Shown here in pieces: positions 51,605 to 62,700 of a DNA stretch of 64,000 nt; positions within the stretch are counted from its first letter, which is position 1; the number at the start of each line of letters is the position of its first letter. The position numbers were made by a program, and so were the translations under genes. The notes beneath the pieces were generated by a model. The model worked only from the letters and a program-made list of their open reading frames with translations. It did no database searches and was not told the DNA's origin. Source of the stretch: Macrostomum lignano (Eukaryota). Location of the stretch: NCBI GenBank assembly GCA_002269645.1, contig NIVC01004016.1:291-64290 (forward strand), read 5' to 3'.

Positions 51605-53043
51605 CTGCTGTCCTCTCATTATTTGCTTCTATGCTGTGTCCCATTGGACCCATTTTTTACACTAAAAAACGCACTATACTACTGTCTATATCAAAAGCAT
51701 TGGATGGCCACAGACATCGAAATTTAGTAAGCAGAAAATCACTAAGCAAATTAAAGAATACCAAGGTCTATGATAAATCTATATAAACATGGGCAGTGAA
51801 AACATTTGTTCTTGTAACTGTCTATTGCCATCAAATGATTATTGAAATGCAAAATATTATCTTTGAAACATTTAAGTTATTACCATAAACTATGCTTGTA
51901 TCTCATACCTTTTGCAAAAATGTATTTATTCAGTATCTTCAAAAAAAGAAGATAAAATAAATATAAAAATAAAAATGATATTATTATAAAGACTTGCTAA
52001 CATCAAGTGAAAAAAGCATATAAAAAATTCAATTTTTAAAAATTGTATTACAATGCCTAAAACAGTAACCCTTTTGACAAAAGTAAATAAAAAGTATTAT
52101 TATATATGGTTGCAAGAATGCATCAAGAAATTTTTCATTTAAACTGTGCTAAAATGCAAAATACTTGCAATATTAAAAATGAAAATCTATAAATGCAAGA
52201 ACTTAATTACAACTTGATTACAACAGAATACAATTATAGATTGTTCTTTTTACAATTAAATAGTTTTTTAATTAATTGACCTTGACATTTATATTTATTC
52301 AATTTGCTGTACTTTTTAAAAAGCATCCATTCATGCTATATAGCTGCTAACTACCCCCTAACTTAACTAAACAAAACCTTAAAATTAATAAAATCTTACC
52401 TCAAATATGCAACTGAGTACCCTTTTTTAAAGTAAACAAATTACTATTACTCTCTCAGAATTACTATTGACTAGGTCTTCTAAAAATATAAATAGAAACA
52501 AACTGGTTGATAATCCAACAAATTTTCAACTTTAAATTTTAATTAAAAAAACTTTTAGTTTGAGACTTAGAAACTGTTTTAAGAACTATGAATTTTTCAG
52601 AGTGAAATAAAAGGAAATACCATATATACTACTAATATGTAGAATACTAAGAAAGAGACTAAAGTAAAACAAAATAGACCTTAGAAATAAGAGTACATAT
52701 AAAGAATTAAAAACTCTGTGACCCACTAATCTTGGTAATGCTTAAGGACTGGATATGTTTCAATACCTAGAAACAAAGAAATATTTATACAAATAATTCC
52801 AAGAAATATATTCTAGATCAGGGCAAAAATAAACTGCTTAATACATAATAAGTGAGAATGTTACTGATTTAGAAGTAAGAATGAAATTAGTAAGAATTAA
52901 ACAAATATTCAGATTAAAATAAAATAAAAAATATAAAGAAACAATAAAATATTTTGCAAACACAAGAAACTAATAGTGAGCTCTGAATTGTAATATGATA
53001 TATAAACTAGCACAATTCAATGTGCCTTTTGACAAGCTAACAG

Positions 53044-53222
53044 CAGTGACATAGCCAGGATTTCTTTCTGGGGGAGGTCACAGTCAGTCACAGGCTCACA
53101 GCAACAACTGAGGGCAGGGGGTGCTAGGCCTCAGCAATGGGGGATGGGGCCTGAAAATTTGGCCTGGATCAGCTGGCTGGGGGGGAGGGGTCATGGGGGT
53201 CTATGCCCCTGGCTAGCAGCAG
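53044..53222. mobile_element. Decayed small TIR element (CAGTG..TAGCCAGG type)
   Basis: Left CAGTGACATAGCCAGG, right CCTGGCTA (53208-53215), internal G-runs; a GC-rich island in AT-rich DNA. Confidence 0.5.
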
Positions 53223-53635
53223 CTTATCAAAACTGATTGTGATATAACCTAGAGAATAATAGCCTACAGAACTATGGCTTGAGGTACTAATATCAGGGTA
53301 AAAAGGGATTAGAATTTATCTTCTTTTATACTAAAAAATTGTTTTTGGGCAACTAACCAACTAACTAGCCTTTAGCCTTTGAATTTTAGATTTCATTATG
53401 ATGCAATAGCAAAAAAAATTAAAGTGCAAATAGTAATATTATAAAAGTTGTTTGTGTGGTATAGCATACATGCGCAACCCTCTGATTTACATTGGCTTGT
53501 ATTTACTTTTTGACAAAAAATGTGACTTACCTATGAAAGAAACCCTATATAGTAAAAAGTAATGCAATTTTGGGTAAATGGCAAGAGTAACATGACTGTC
53601 TTATTAGGGCTAAATGCCTTGTTATCTAATTGAAG

Positions 53636-53765
53636 CATATATGGCTGATTTTGTCATCCTCTAATCAATAGGCGGAGTAGCCACAATGTAGGCACTAGGA
53701 CTAGGTTTAGGATAGGCGTAAGGTCAAAGGTTCAAATCTGCCTCCCTGGCAGATAATTAAAATTA
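53636..53765 (+). repeat. Diverged about 125-bp dispersed repeat, copy 1 (tRNA-like core)
   Basis: ATGGCTGATTTTGTCA..AATAGGCGGAGTAGCCACA..GGTTCAAATCT, shared with 54240-54368. Confidence 0.75.
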
Positions 53766-54239
53766 AATTCATTCATTCATTTGTAGCTTGGGCCTTGACT
53801 GATTGGAACTTTTTTGATTAATTTCAATTGAAACATTTTTAATTAATTAGCAGTTCCACAATTTGATTTGTAAAAACTGCTTTGAGTATAACTGATCTCA
53901 TCAATGGCTATTGTCTAGCTCCATAAAAGTACAAAATTACTAAACTGCAGACAATGGTGCTAAATTTGTTAAAGGTAGTGCTAAATGCTGAGCTTTTTAA
54001 AACTGCCAATATGTGTCGAAAATTGATTAGTGAGCCATAAAATGCTGAGCAATTGAGCAAATTGCAGTTTTCTAAGGGGACTGAGGTGCTGGACAAAGAA
54101 GAACTGCTGACTGTGAATTAGTTCCTCTAGACTTAAATCTAATTTATAGATTTCACTTAACTGAGCATTGGCTCTGCCTGTATGCAACCCGTGCACTGAG
54201 TAGCCTATCATTGCTATGTATTTGATTGCAGTGCCAAAG

Positions 54240-54368
54240 AATATATGGCTGATTTTGTCACCCTCCAATCAATAGGCGGAGTAGCCACACTGTAGGCACT
54301 AGGACCAGGTTTAGGATAGGCGAAAGGTCCCAGGTTTGAGTCTACCTTGCAGCGGACTATTAAAATTG
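54240..54368 (+). repeat. Diverged about 125-bp dispersed repeat, copy 2 (tRNA-like core)
   Basis: Same motif order as 53636-53765; B-box-like GGTTTGAGTCT. Confidence 0.75.
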
Positions 54369-55090
54369 GGTGCCCCAAAGGGGGGCCACACTAGATTTGC
54401 TAGTACATAAGACTATAAATGCAGTTTCCCTTGTTAAATTATTTTTTGTTTAAATCCATGCTCGTTTTAGCTGCAAAGATATAGCTAGGCATCCACCTAC
54501 ACTAACAACAATAATTCTAATAGGTGATCTTTGATAACTAGCCAAACTGTATGATCTGGATGTTTTGCACTAGTAGGAATTATATAAAACATATATTCTA
54601 TGATACAGTGGCTAGGCCTAGCCAAGTATTAGGCCTGGCTGATATATAATTTGGTTAACTTAGTTAATTTTATCTCCAAAATATTAATATCATGTAATTG
54701 TATGAAATATATGTATAATTTAATATGAGAAACTGCATTTATGCTTGCACAAATACTTACTAGGTTATACTGAATTCATTAACAAATTAATTTTATTATT
54801 ATCGAAGGGAACCAAAAAGAATGCCAAATTCATTAATATATCATGAATTATATAATTAGCAAAATAGATAAATTCATAGTTTTTGACAATTAAAACTAAT
54901 ATTTCATTCTAATGTGCATATATTTTAATTGTACCAAAATATTTATATTACATGTTTATCTAGATTGGCTATTGCTAAATACTACCTTTAGCAATATAAA
55001 AATTATATAGTCTAACTCTACACTCTTACTATGCTTTGCTACTCCTTACCTTGACTATCTTTGACCCATATGCTTTGTGCAACTCATTAA

Positions 55091-55491
55091 TAGAGGTCTT
55101 ATAGGATCCCAATCCCAGATCCTAAAATCCTGGGATCCCAAGAAAAATTATATTTCTGCGGGACCAGGATCTTGACCCTAAAAAACACAAGAATTGGGAA
55201 CAGGTCTTTTGATCAAAAGTTTATAGAATTAGTAATTATTTAAATGTATTTTGTTTTAACTTGCATTCATTATATCATTACTTTGTTCATTACAAAACTT
55301 TGCATCAATTTTGTTGTGTTTTACTTATGATCTTGACATTTTTTGCTCAATTTTGTTTAACTTTATATGGACTTACAAACTACAATACACTAAAAGACCT
55401 GATCTCAATTCCCAAATCCCAATCCCAATAAAAAACATTCCCAATCCCAATCCCAATCCCACCTGAAGATTTCAATCCCATCTGACCTCTA
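55091..55491. mobile_element. hAT-like MITE (401 bp)
   Basis: TIR TAGAGGTC / GACCTCTA. 8-bp TSD CTCATTAA (55083-55090) vs CTCATTAG (55492-55499). Clustered subterminal ATCCC motifs. Confidence 0.75.
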
Positions 55492-56009
55492 CTCATTAGT
55501 GCCAATGCATCTAAGGTAGCATGCATTAAAATGTAACTTACTAATATACAATAGATGGATATATTGGATAAGATGTTTAACAGGTTAGTGTTTTGCCTAT
55601 TGTTACTATATCAAGCTATACATGCGCAACTGCTAGCCAACCTAGCTAATCTAGCTATTATAAATTACGATAGACCAAAGGTAAGTCACAAAAATTCCTA
55701 TCCCAAAGAATATACTAATTAGATAACAAGACATTTATCCTTAATAAGACAGTTATAGTTATTTATATTGGTTACCCAAAATTGCATTGACTTGGTTTAG
55801 GGTTTCTTTTGTAAGTCACATTTTTTGGTCAAAAAGTAAGTTGCATAGCCAGTACAAATCAGGGAAATAAGGCATATGTATATCAAACTATATTATAGGG
55901 CATTTTGAACTTTTTCCATTAAATATATCCATTAAACTTTAACCAAAATTTCACCACTGCTTTATATTTATCATTGGAAAATATATTGGATAATTGGATA
56001 ATTGTAGAC

Positions 56010-56591
56010 CAGTGTGCGGATCATGTATCAGTGTATGCCGGACTAAATTTGGGCGTCAAGGACTTTGTATGCCAATGTATGCCAAAAACAAAATGTTGCG
56101 CTAAAATGTCTGCCAAAAATACTTAAAAAAGGTAATACAGTTTTTACGAGTAGAGTTTTCTAAGAAAGGCTTTTGTGTAAAATGTGTTTTTAAAATATTA
56201 TGAATATTTTCAATTTAAACTAACTTAAATTATACCTACAAAAAATTTGATGCAAAATTATTACTCTTAGCAAAAATTCACAATAATTTTATTCATTGTT
56301 AATTTCAAAGGTTCAAAAATTTTATCACTGACAATACAAATTTTCCGTTACTTTACATAAAAATGTTAATTTACATTACAATTTTCATGCATGGCATGAA
56401 TTTATTCACCAAAATTTGTATGCCAAAAAAGTATGCCTGGCTGTGTTAGTGTTACTTATGTACACCAATAGTGTATGCCAACAAAGTTTTGCCAGGGGTT
56501 GTGTACGCCGATTGTGTATGCCAAGGACTTAGGGTGGCTGTTTTGTACATCGGAAAAGTTCCGGCGTAAATGCATACCATCCGCAACCTAG
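56010..56591. mobile_element. Non-autonomous DNA transposon (582 bp) with 9-bp flanking direct repeat
   Basis: ATTGTAGAC at 56001-56009 and 56592-56600. Imperfect TIRs CAGTGTGCGGAT / ATCCGCAACCTAG. Repeated subterminal TGTATGCC motifs near both ends. Confidence 0.65.
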
Positions 56592-57644
56592 ATTGTAGAC
56601 AAATTACAAAAGTCTATAGGCTATGTTTTTAGGTAAAACTTTATAACTTTATAATTGTTTTATAGTTATCATCAACAATTATCATTGACCTTACAATGCT
56701 AAAAGTTAATAATATTTTCATTTAAAAAAAATAATTTAACGTGTGAAACTACATGATATAATAGCCTAAATTGGTAACAGATAATTGACTAGATATTATA
56801 ATTTATAGTATCTGGCCTAGGCAAAGTTTTCATGTATTTTCATGTACAAAAGGCTCTAGTAGCCAAATTTTGACAGACAGTTCTTGCATTAAGAAATAGT
56901 GTAAACATTCTTTATAAATTGCCATAAAAATACCTCCTCTATGTATTGTGGCTAAAGCCTATGCCATGGTCCAACACATAACATAATGCAAGTAAAAACA
57001 GTGTTTGCATCCAAAAAATTATGTCTGACACCTATACCTACCATTTTCTAACATGTTCAATAGTCGAAACAATTTTTTTCAGGTCTTCTTTAGCTTTGCT
57101 TCTTGTCTCAGATCTAAGTCCGCGGCTAAACATAGTGAACGAAAAACTAAATGGGAAATTGCCTTGAATTTAAAGATTAATAAACAAATAAAAATAATTT
57201 GCCAGTGAACAACGATTTGACGTTGTCGAAGAAAGTCACATGTTGAATTTTAGTTACAGAAAACTGTTTTAAACAAAAAATACTCTTATTTATTTAAAGT
57301 AAACAACTTTTTTATTTCATTATTATTTAACTGAGTTTTTTAATTAAATTTATTTCACAATAATAAATATAACTTTACTTATCGTAAATACATATGGCGC
57401 GTGCGACCGCCGTGATAATAAAAAATGGTACGATCTACTTTTCGCATGACGTGAGCGTACGTGCTATTATTTACAGGTAATAGTAGAGTTCTTTATCATC
57501 CAATCGAGTATCTTTACCCTGGCCAATGTCGTGACTTTTGCTGCCATTCCATTCACGCCTGAAATTTTACTGAATTAAGAAATTGCAGCACTGCTTTGTG
57601 CTTTACTGTTTTTATCTTTTTTTGCTCACATTATAATTTATAAT

Positions 57645-58206
57645 TGTAGTAGGGCATTATTTTAGAAACGGAAATTTTACAGGTTTAGATATGCTTTTAC
57701 CCTACTATCAGTAGTTTCAACCCGGGGAAATAATTAGAGCGGGGTTAAGTGGATAAAATTGGGGTTCCATTAGAAATACAGAGCAGTTGGGCTCTCGGGA
57801 AAGAAAACTCGGACCTTCGTTGGAGTGTCTTCTCCTGTTTAAACTTAGAGAGTTCACGAAGAAGTGGTAAGGAAAGGGAAATATAAGGGATAGGCTTGCA
57901 CAGAGGAGTCTTGCCTCTAAAAACTGGGAGTCTTGCCCAAGCACTATAGCAGGAATAAGGAAATAGGGAATTAATGTAAAAGCAAAACTAACTTTTGTAC
58001 CGTAATTCACTTTTCTATTATAAAATTTTTTTTGTGTTAACTAAATCCAAATTGGTGTCCTGACTTGGTTCTTTAAGCCTAAAAGCTAGAATTAAGGAAC
58101 AGCAGGAACCTGGTGGCAGCGAACTACCAAACATTAAGCAGTACCACAGATAGCAATCCGCTCATAATCCTTAGCAATAAGAACCAGTAGCTTAGCCGCG
58201 GTTACA
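57645..58206 (+). repeat. Probable 5' LTR (boundaries uncertain)
   Basis: TGTAG at 57645 and GTTACA at 58201-58206; TATA-like ATATAAGG near 57881. The 3' LTR is not in the window for comparison. Confidence 0.4.
58111..58121 (+). promoter_or_regulatory. Primer-binding-site-like motif TGGTGGCAGCG (tRNA-Leu 3' end); second copy at 58220-58229
   Basis: Complementary to CGCTGCCACCA, the 3' end of eukaryotic tRNA-Leu(AAG/TAG). Confidence 0.55.
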
Positions 58207-58671
58207 CGCCCATTCCAATTGGTGGCAGCTTAGAGGATTAGAATACCCGAGAAACGCATACATTAGACTGGAGCTCAGGATTAGAAAAGGGATTAACGGA
58301 TTAACTCCTATGTGCTGAAATTAGAACTAAAACTAACACAAAATTACTAATTAGGTTCTAAATTAGAGATTAATGTACATAGTCAGTGGTCTAAGATCGT
58401 CTAATCTCAGATTAACGGATTAACGGATTAGGAACGGATTAACGCTCCTGAAAGGAATTTTAACTTAGTTCCTTCGCTAGAAGATTAGTAAAGTCTCAAT
58501 TAAGACCAGAAGTAAGGCGGAAGTAATAAAACTAGAGTCACTGCTGTTTTATTAACTAAAGTCTTACCATTAGGCAATTAGCAGCTAAATTCGGAGTCTT
58601 GCCAATTTAACTGACCAAAATTATTAAACCAGAAGCGTTAATTCTAAAATCCGACCTAAAAATAAACTAAT

Positions 58672-59715
58672 ATGGAAGCGAATGACGTAGTAGAAGCACT
58701 GGCTGAAGGCATTAGAGACAGGCTAGACATTAGGAAACATATTAGGATCCAAAAGTACACGCCTAATCAGGATATAGACGTGTGGATTCAGGCTTTCGAG
58801 CAGAGGTGTATCGCAGATGAGATACCCCCAGCTGAATGGAAGAATGAGCTACTGTCTAACCTAGATGTTCAGTCAGCGTTCGCTATCGTGACAAGGCTAA
58901 ACTTAGACCCTAATCTAGCATACGCAGACTTTAAGGATAGACTAATTGAGCGGTTCACGCATGTAGGTAGTGCTCAAGAAGCTAGGGAAGAGTTCCGTAG
59001 TAGGTTCCAGTGCAAAACTGAGAGCACTGATGACTACGCTGAAAAACTGACAGAGCTAGCATGCAGGGCGTTTCCCCATCTAACTAACGATCAGAGACAG
59101 GAAGAGGTGGTGGAACAATTTATCAGAGGTGTTAGGGTTGCCCCAGAGACTAGGGAAAAGCTACTGCTAGCTCAGGTAAACTCGCTTCAAGAGACACGTC
59201 GAGTCTTGCGACGTATCGAAATGGCGTACGCTATGTCTCGCAGAGGTAGAGACCCGCAGCAGTGTAAGGCAACTGGAGGAGAAGAAGCTGAGAATAGCTT
59301 GAAGGAATTAGTCCGCAAGCAGGGTGAGGCGCTAGAAAACCAGCAGAAGGTGCTTCAGGAGTTACTCCGACACCACCAGAACGTTGAGCAAAAGGTCAAG
59401 CAGCAGCAGCCGTCAGGTCAGCAGCAGCAAGGCCAGAATCAGCAAGGGCGTCCCCCAGTAAAGTGTAACAGGTGTGGCAAGCTAGGTCACTTAGCTAAGA
59501 ATTGTAGACAGCCACATCCTCAGAACCAGCTTAGGTACCCGGCTCAGCAGCAGATGCAGTATCAGCAGCCGCAGTATCAGCAGCCGCAGTATCAGCAGCC
59601 GATGTACCCACAGCAGCAAATGCAGCCGCAGTACCCGCAGCCGCATTACCCTCAGCAGCAGAATTCGGGAAACGGAGTAGACGGAAGCGTCGGAGGCAAC
59701 GCTTTCCAGCAGTAG
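58672..59715 (+). CDS. gag: Retrotransposon Gag (347 aa)
   Basis: Capsid-like N-terminal region (FRSRFQCKTESTDDYAEKL), zinc knuckle CNRCGKLGHLAKNC, Gln/Pro/Tyr-rich tail. Confidence 0.93.
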   Translation: MEANDVVEALAEGIRDRLDIRKHIRIQKYTPNQDIDVWIQAFEQRCIADEIPPAEWKNELLSNLDVQSAFAIVTRLNLDPNLAYADFKDRLIERFTHVGSAQEAREEFRSRFQCKTESTDDYAEKLTELACRAFPHLTNDQRQEEVVEQFIRGVRVAPETREKLLLAQVNSLQETRRVLRRIEMAYAMSRRGRDPQQCKATGGEEAENSLKELVRKQGEALENQQKVLQELLRHHQNVEQKVKQQQPSGQQQQGQNQQGRPPVKCNRCGKLGHLAKNCRQPHPQNQLRYPAQQQMQYQQPQYQQPQYQQPMYPQQQMQPQYPQPHYPQQQNSGNGVDGSVGGNAFQQ

Positions 59716-59722
59716 ATCCCTC
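59667..59722 (+). promoter_or_regulatory. -1 programmed ribosomal frameshift signal
   Basis: Heptamer G GGA AAC in the gag frame (59667-59673), 9-nt spacer, stem GGAAGCGT (59683-59690) / ACGCTTTCC (59699-59707). pol lies in the -1 frame. Confidence 0.8.
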
Positions 59723-62700
59723 ACAGTCTGTAGCCTCACAACCTGTAAATAGCAGCGATAGTTTTTCTGTAAATAGTGAATTGAATCCTTCAGTGTATAA
59801 CAGTACGTATGCGCAATCATTTAATCAATCATTTAATCAGCCGAACATTTACTCTCAGCACTTTTCAAACGCACCACAACAGCAACCTTATTCTAGTGAG
59901 CAGCAGCTAAAACAACCAAAATTAACTGAACAAACTAAAAAACAAAGTTACGATCCGTACATCACTGGCAGCATTTTAAATAAGGAAATAGTTTATCTAT
60001 TAGACACTGGCAGTAATAGAAATATCTTAGGACGCGAAACCTGGAAGCATCTTTTCACTGGCAAGAATAGGCATCTAATTAAGCATTGGGACAATAGAAT
60101 TGTTTCTTTTATGGAAGAGCCTATTCCAATTAAGGGTTTCGTAGTTATTAAGGCAACATTTGGCGATTTCGAAGAGGAAGTTGAGTTTCTCTTATGTGAC
60201 GCAGATGTAGACAATGGTGTGACGTTTGTCCAAAATTATTGTACTACTATTGACTTCGATGCAGGAATGCTGACCATGAAACAAGGAACTAGAATTCCGC
60301 TTCGATCAAGCAGAGCTAAGCCTCAGGTTAGGAGAATTTATGTCGCAGAAAAGACGACAGTTCCAGCCAATAGTTCAGGATTAGTCAAGGTCAGATTAGC
60401 AGCAGGTAGTGAAACTAATTTCGGAGTGCCATCAGTTGTTGAGCCACTCAGATCAGGATTAAAGACTAGAACAGAGAAGGTAACCGTAGTGCCAAGTTTA
60501 GTAACTCTAAGACAAGGGGAAGCTTATTTAGAAGTAATTAACACCAGTTCACAGGAAGCTAAGGTACCAGCATCAGCATTAGTAGGGATGGCTAAACCAC
60601 TCTTAGCTAGCGAGCTTAACTATCTGAAGGAACAGCCAGAAGAGGAGCAGAATAAGAGCACGCAGTCTTGCGGAAGCAGAGAAAAGATCAGTCAGGTACA
60701 GGAGAAGTCAGAAGACTGGATTAGTGAGATTAACATAGGAACTGAACTGACTCAGGAACAGAGACAAAAGGTGATCGAGGTCGTCAAGGAACATTCAGCA
60801 GCTTTCTCGCAGCACGAGTTAGACTTAGGCAGAACGCATTTAGTCACACATGAAATTATCTTGAAGGATAACAACCCAGTTCAGATACCAGCTAGGAAGA
60901 TTCCACCTCATTGGATCAAGGAGGTAGATGAGCAGTTGGATTTCATGTTGGCTAGAGGCATAATTAGGCCTAGTTACTCGCAGTACTCGACTCCATTAGT
61001 CATAGTACCTAAGAAAGACGGTTCGCTGAGATTAGTTAACGACTATCGAGCACTAAACAATAAATCGGAGTACTTTCCGTATCCAATAACTAATATCAAT
61101 GAAACATTTTCATGTCTCCATGGAGCCAGTCAATTTTCTACGTTAGATCTATTTTCGGGATATTATCAGATAGCTCTTAGGGAAGAAGATAAGTGCAAGA
61201 CTAGCTTTCCAACCTTACATCGAGGCTCGTTTGAGTACGAAGTATTGCCAATGGGATTGCAAGGAGCTCCAGGAACTTTTCAAAGGTGCATGAACTTAGT
61301 TCTTAAGGACATTGCACAAAAGTTCGCCATAGCTTACTTAGACGATGTAATAGTTTATAGTGCAGACTTTGAATCGCATTTAGAAAACCTGAAAGAAGTG
61401 CTCAAGAGACTAATACAAGCTAACATGAAACTAAAGGCTAAGAAATGTCACCTTTTCAAATCAGAATTACAATATCTAGGACACGTCATAGGCAAAACAG
61501 GAATTAAGAGAGATGCGTCGAAATTAGAATCAATTAGGAACTGGCCGAAACCTAAATCTGTGACAGAGCTTCGAAGTTTTCTCGGACTCTGTAATTACTA
61601 TAGAAAATTCGTTAGAGATTTTGCCGAGGTAGCAGCACCACTCTGTGAGTTAACTAAGAAGAACATCAAATGTATCCAGGACAAATGGACCAGGATTCAT
61701 GATGAATGCTTCGAATTGTTGAAGGAACGGATGTGTTCCGAAGAAGTGCTTGCTTACCCAGAGTTCAATACAGACCCCCAAGTTTATTTTGTGTTAGACA
61801 CTGATGCATCAGATGTCAGAATTGGGGCGGTCTTGAATCAAGTTCAGAGCGACGGCATAGAAAGACCGATCGCGTATTATAGTCGGAAGATGAGGCAGTC
61901 AGAAACTAGATATCCGATTACGAGGAAGGAGCTTCTAGCGATTGTTGACTCGCTGAAGTATTTTAGATTTTACCTCGTAGGAAAACATTTTAAGGTGCGC
62001 ACTGATCACAATGCCCTAACCTGGTTGCTTCGCCAAACCGAACAGACAGGCATTTTAGGTCGTTGGATCGAAAGACTTTCCGAATTTGATTTTGAGATAG
62101 AACATAGGAGTGGCCCTAAACATGTGAATGCTGACGCTCTATCCAGGATCCCTGATCCTCAACCGGAAGAGATGTCCCCACATGCCAGGTCGCTAAGCTG
62201 TAGGGCAACTGTGAATACAGACCCAGCATCAGCTTGTACTGTCAGCTCAGGCAATTCCGCGTTCGCTGAAACCTGTAGCTCGAGCAGTGGAGTTCCGTCA
62301 TGCTGTTCGTCACAAGACACTGTCACGAACCGACACAATACTCCGATCTTTAGTAGCAGTAGGCTAGACAATAGACAGGGACAGGAGCCTAAAACCGGAA
62401 ATCCGCCTGCATGCAATGCCCTGCTCAGTGACTATCTCCGTAGCCCAGTTCGCCGTGACCAATTGATCGCAGCACAGCTAGCCGATCCGGCGGTAGGCTT
62501 TGTTAGAAATTTAATTGAGAATGACTCGCCTAAACCGACATTTCAAGAACGACTAGAGTTAACCCACGACTGTAGGAACCTCTTAGGTTACTATGAGTTG
62601 CTCAGAATTGAGGACGGCGTACTCAAAGTAGACTTATCTATGGGGCAGACTGATCCAAAAGTAGTGTTGCCCAAGTCTCTGGATAGTGAAGTCTTTCACC

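Noticed and set aside
55405-55480. Interstitial telomeric repeat (CCCAAT)n
   Set aside because: Differs from TTAGGG/CCCTAA and is explained as subterminal repeats of the hAT-like MITE.
59491-62416. Minus-strand ORFs at 59491-59820, 59993-60214 and 62159-62416
   Set aside because: Short antisense shadows of gag/pol with no homology clues.
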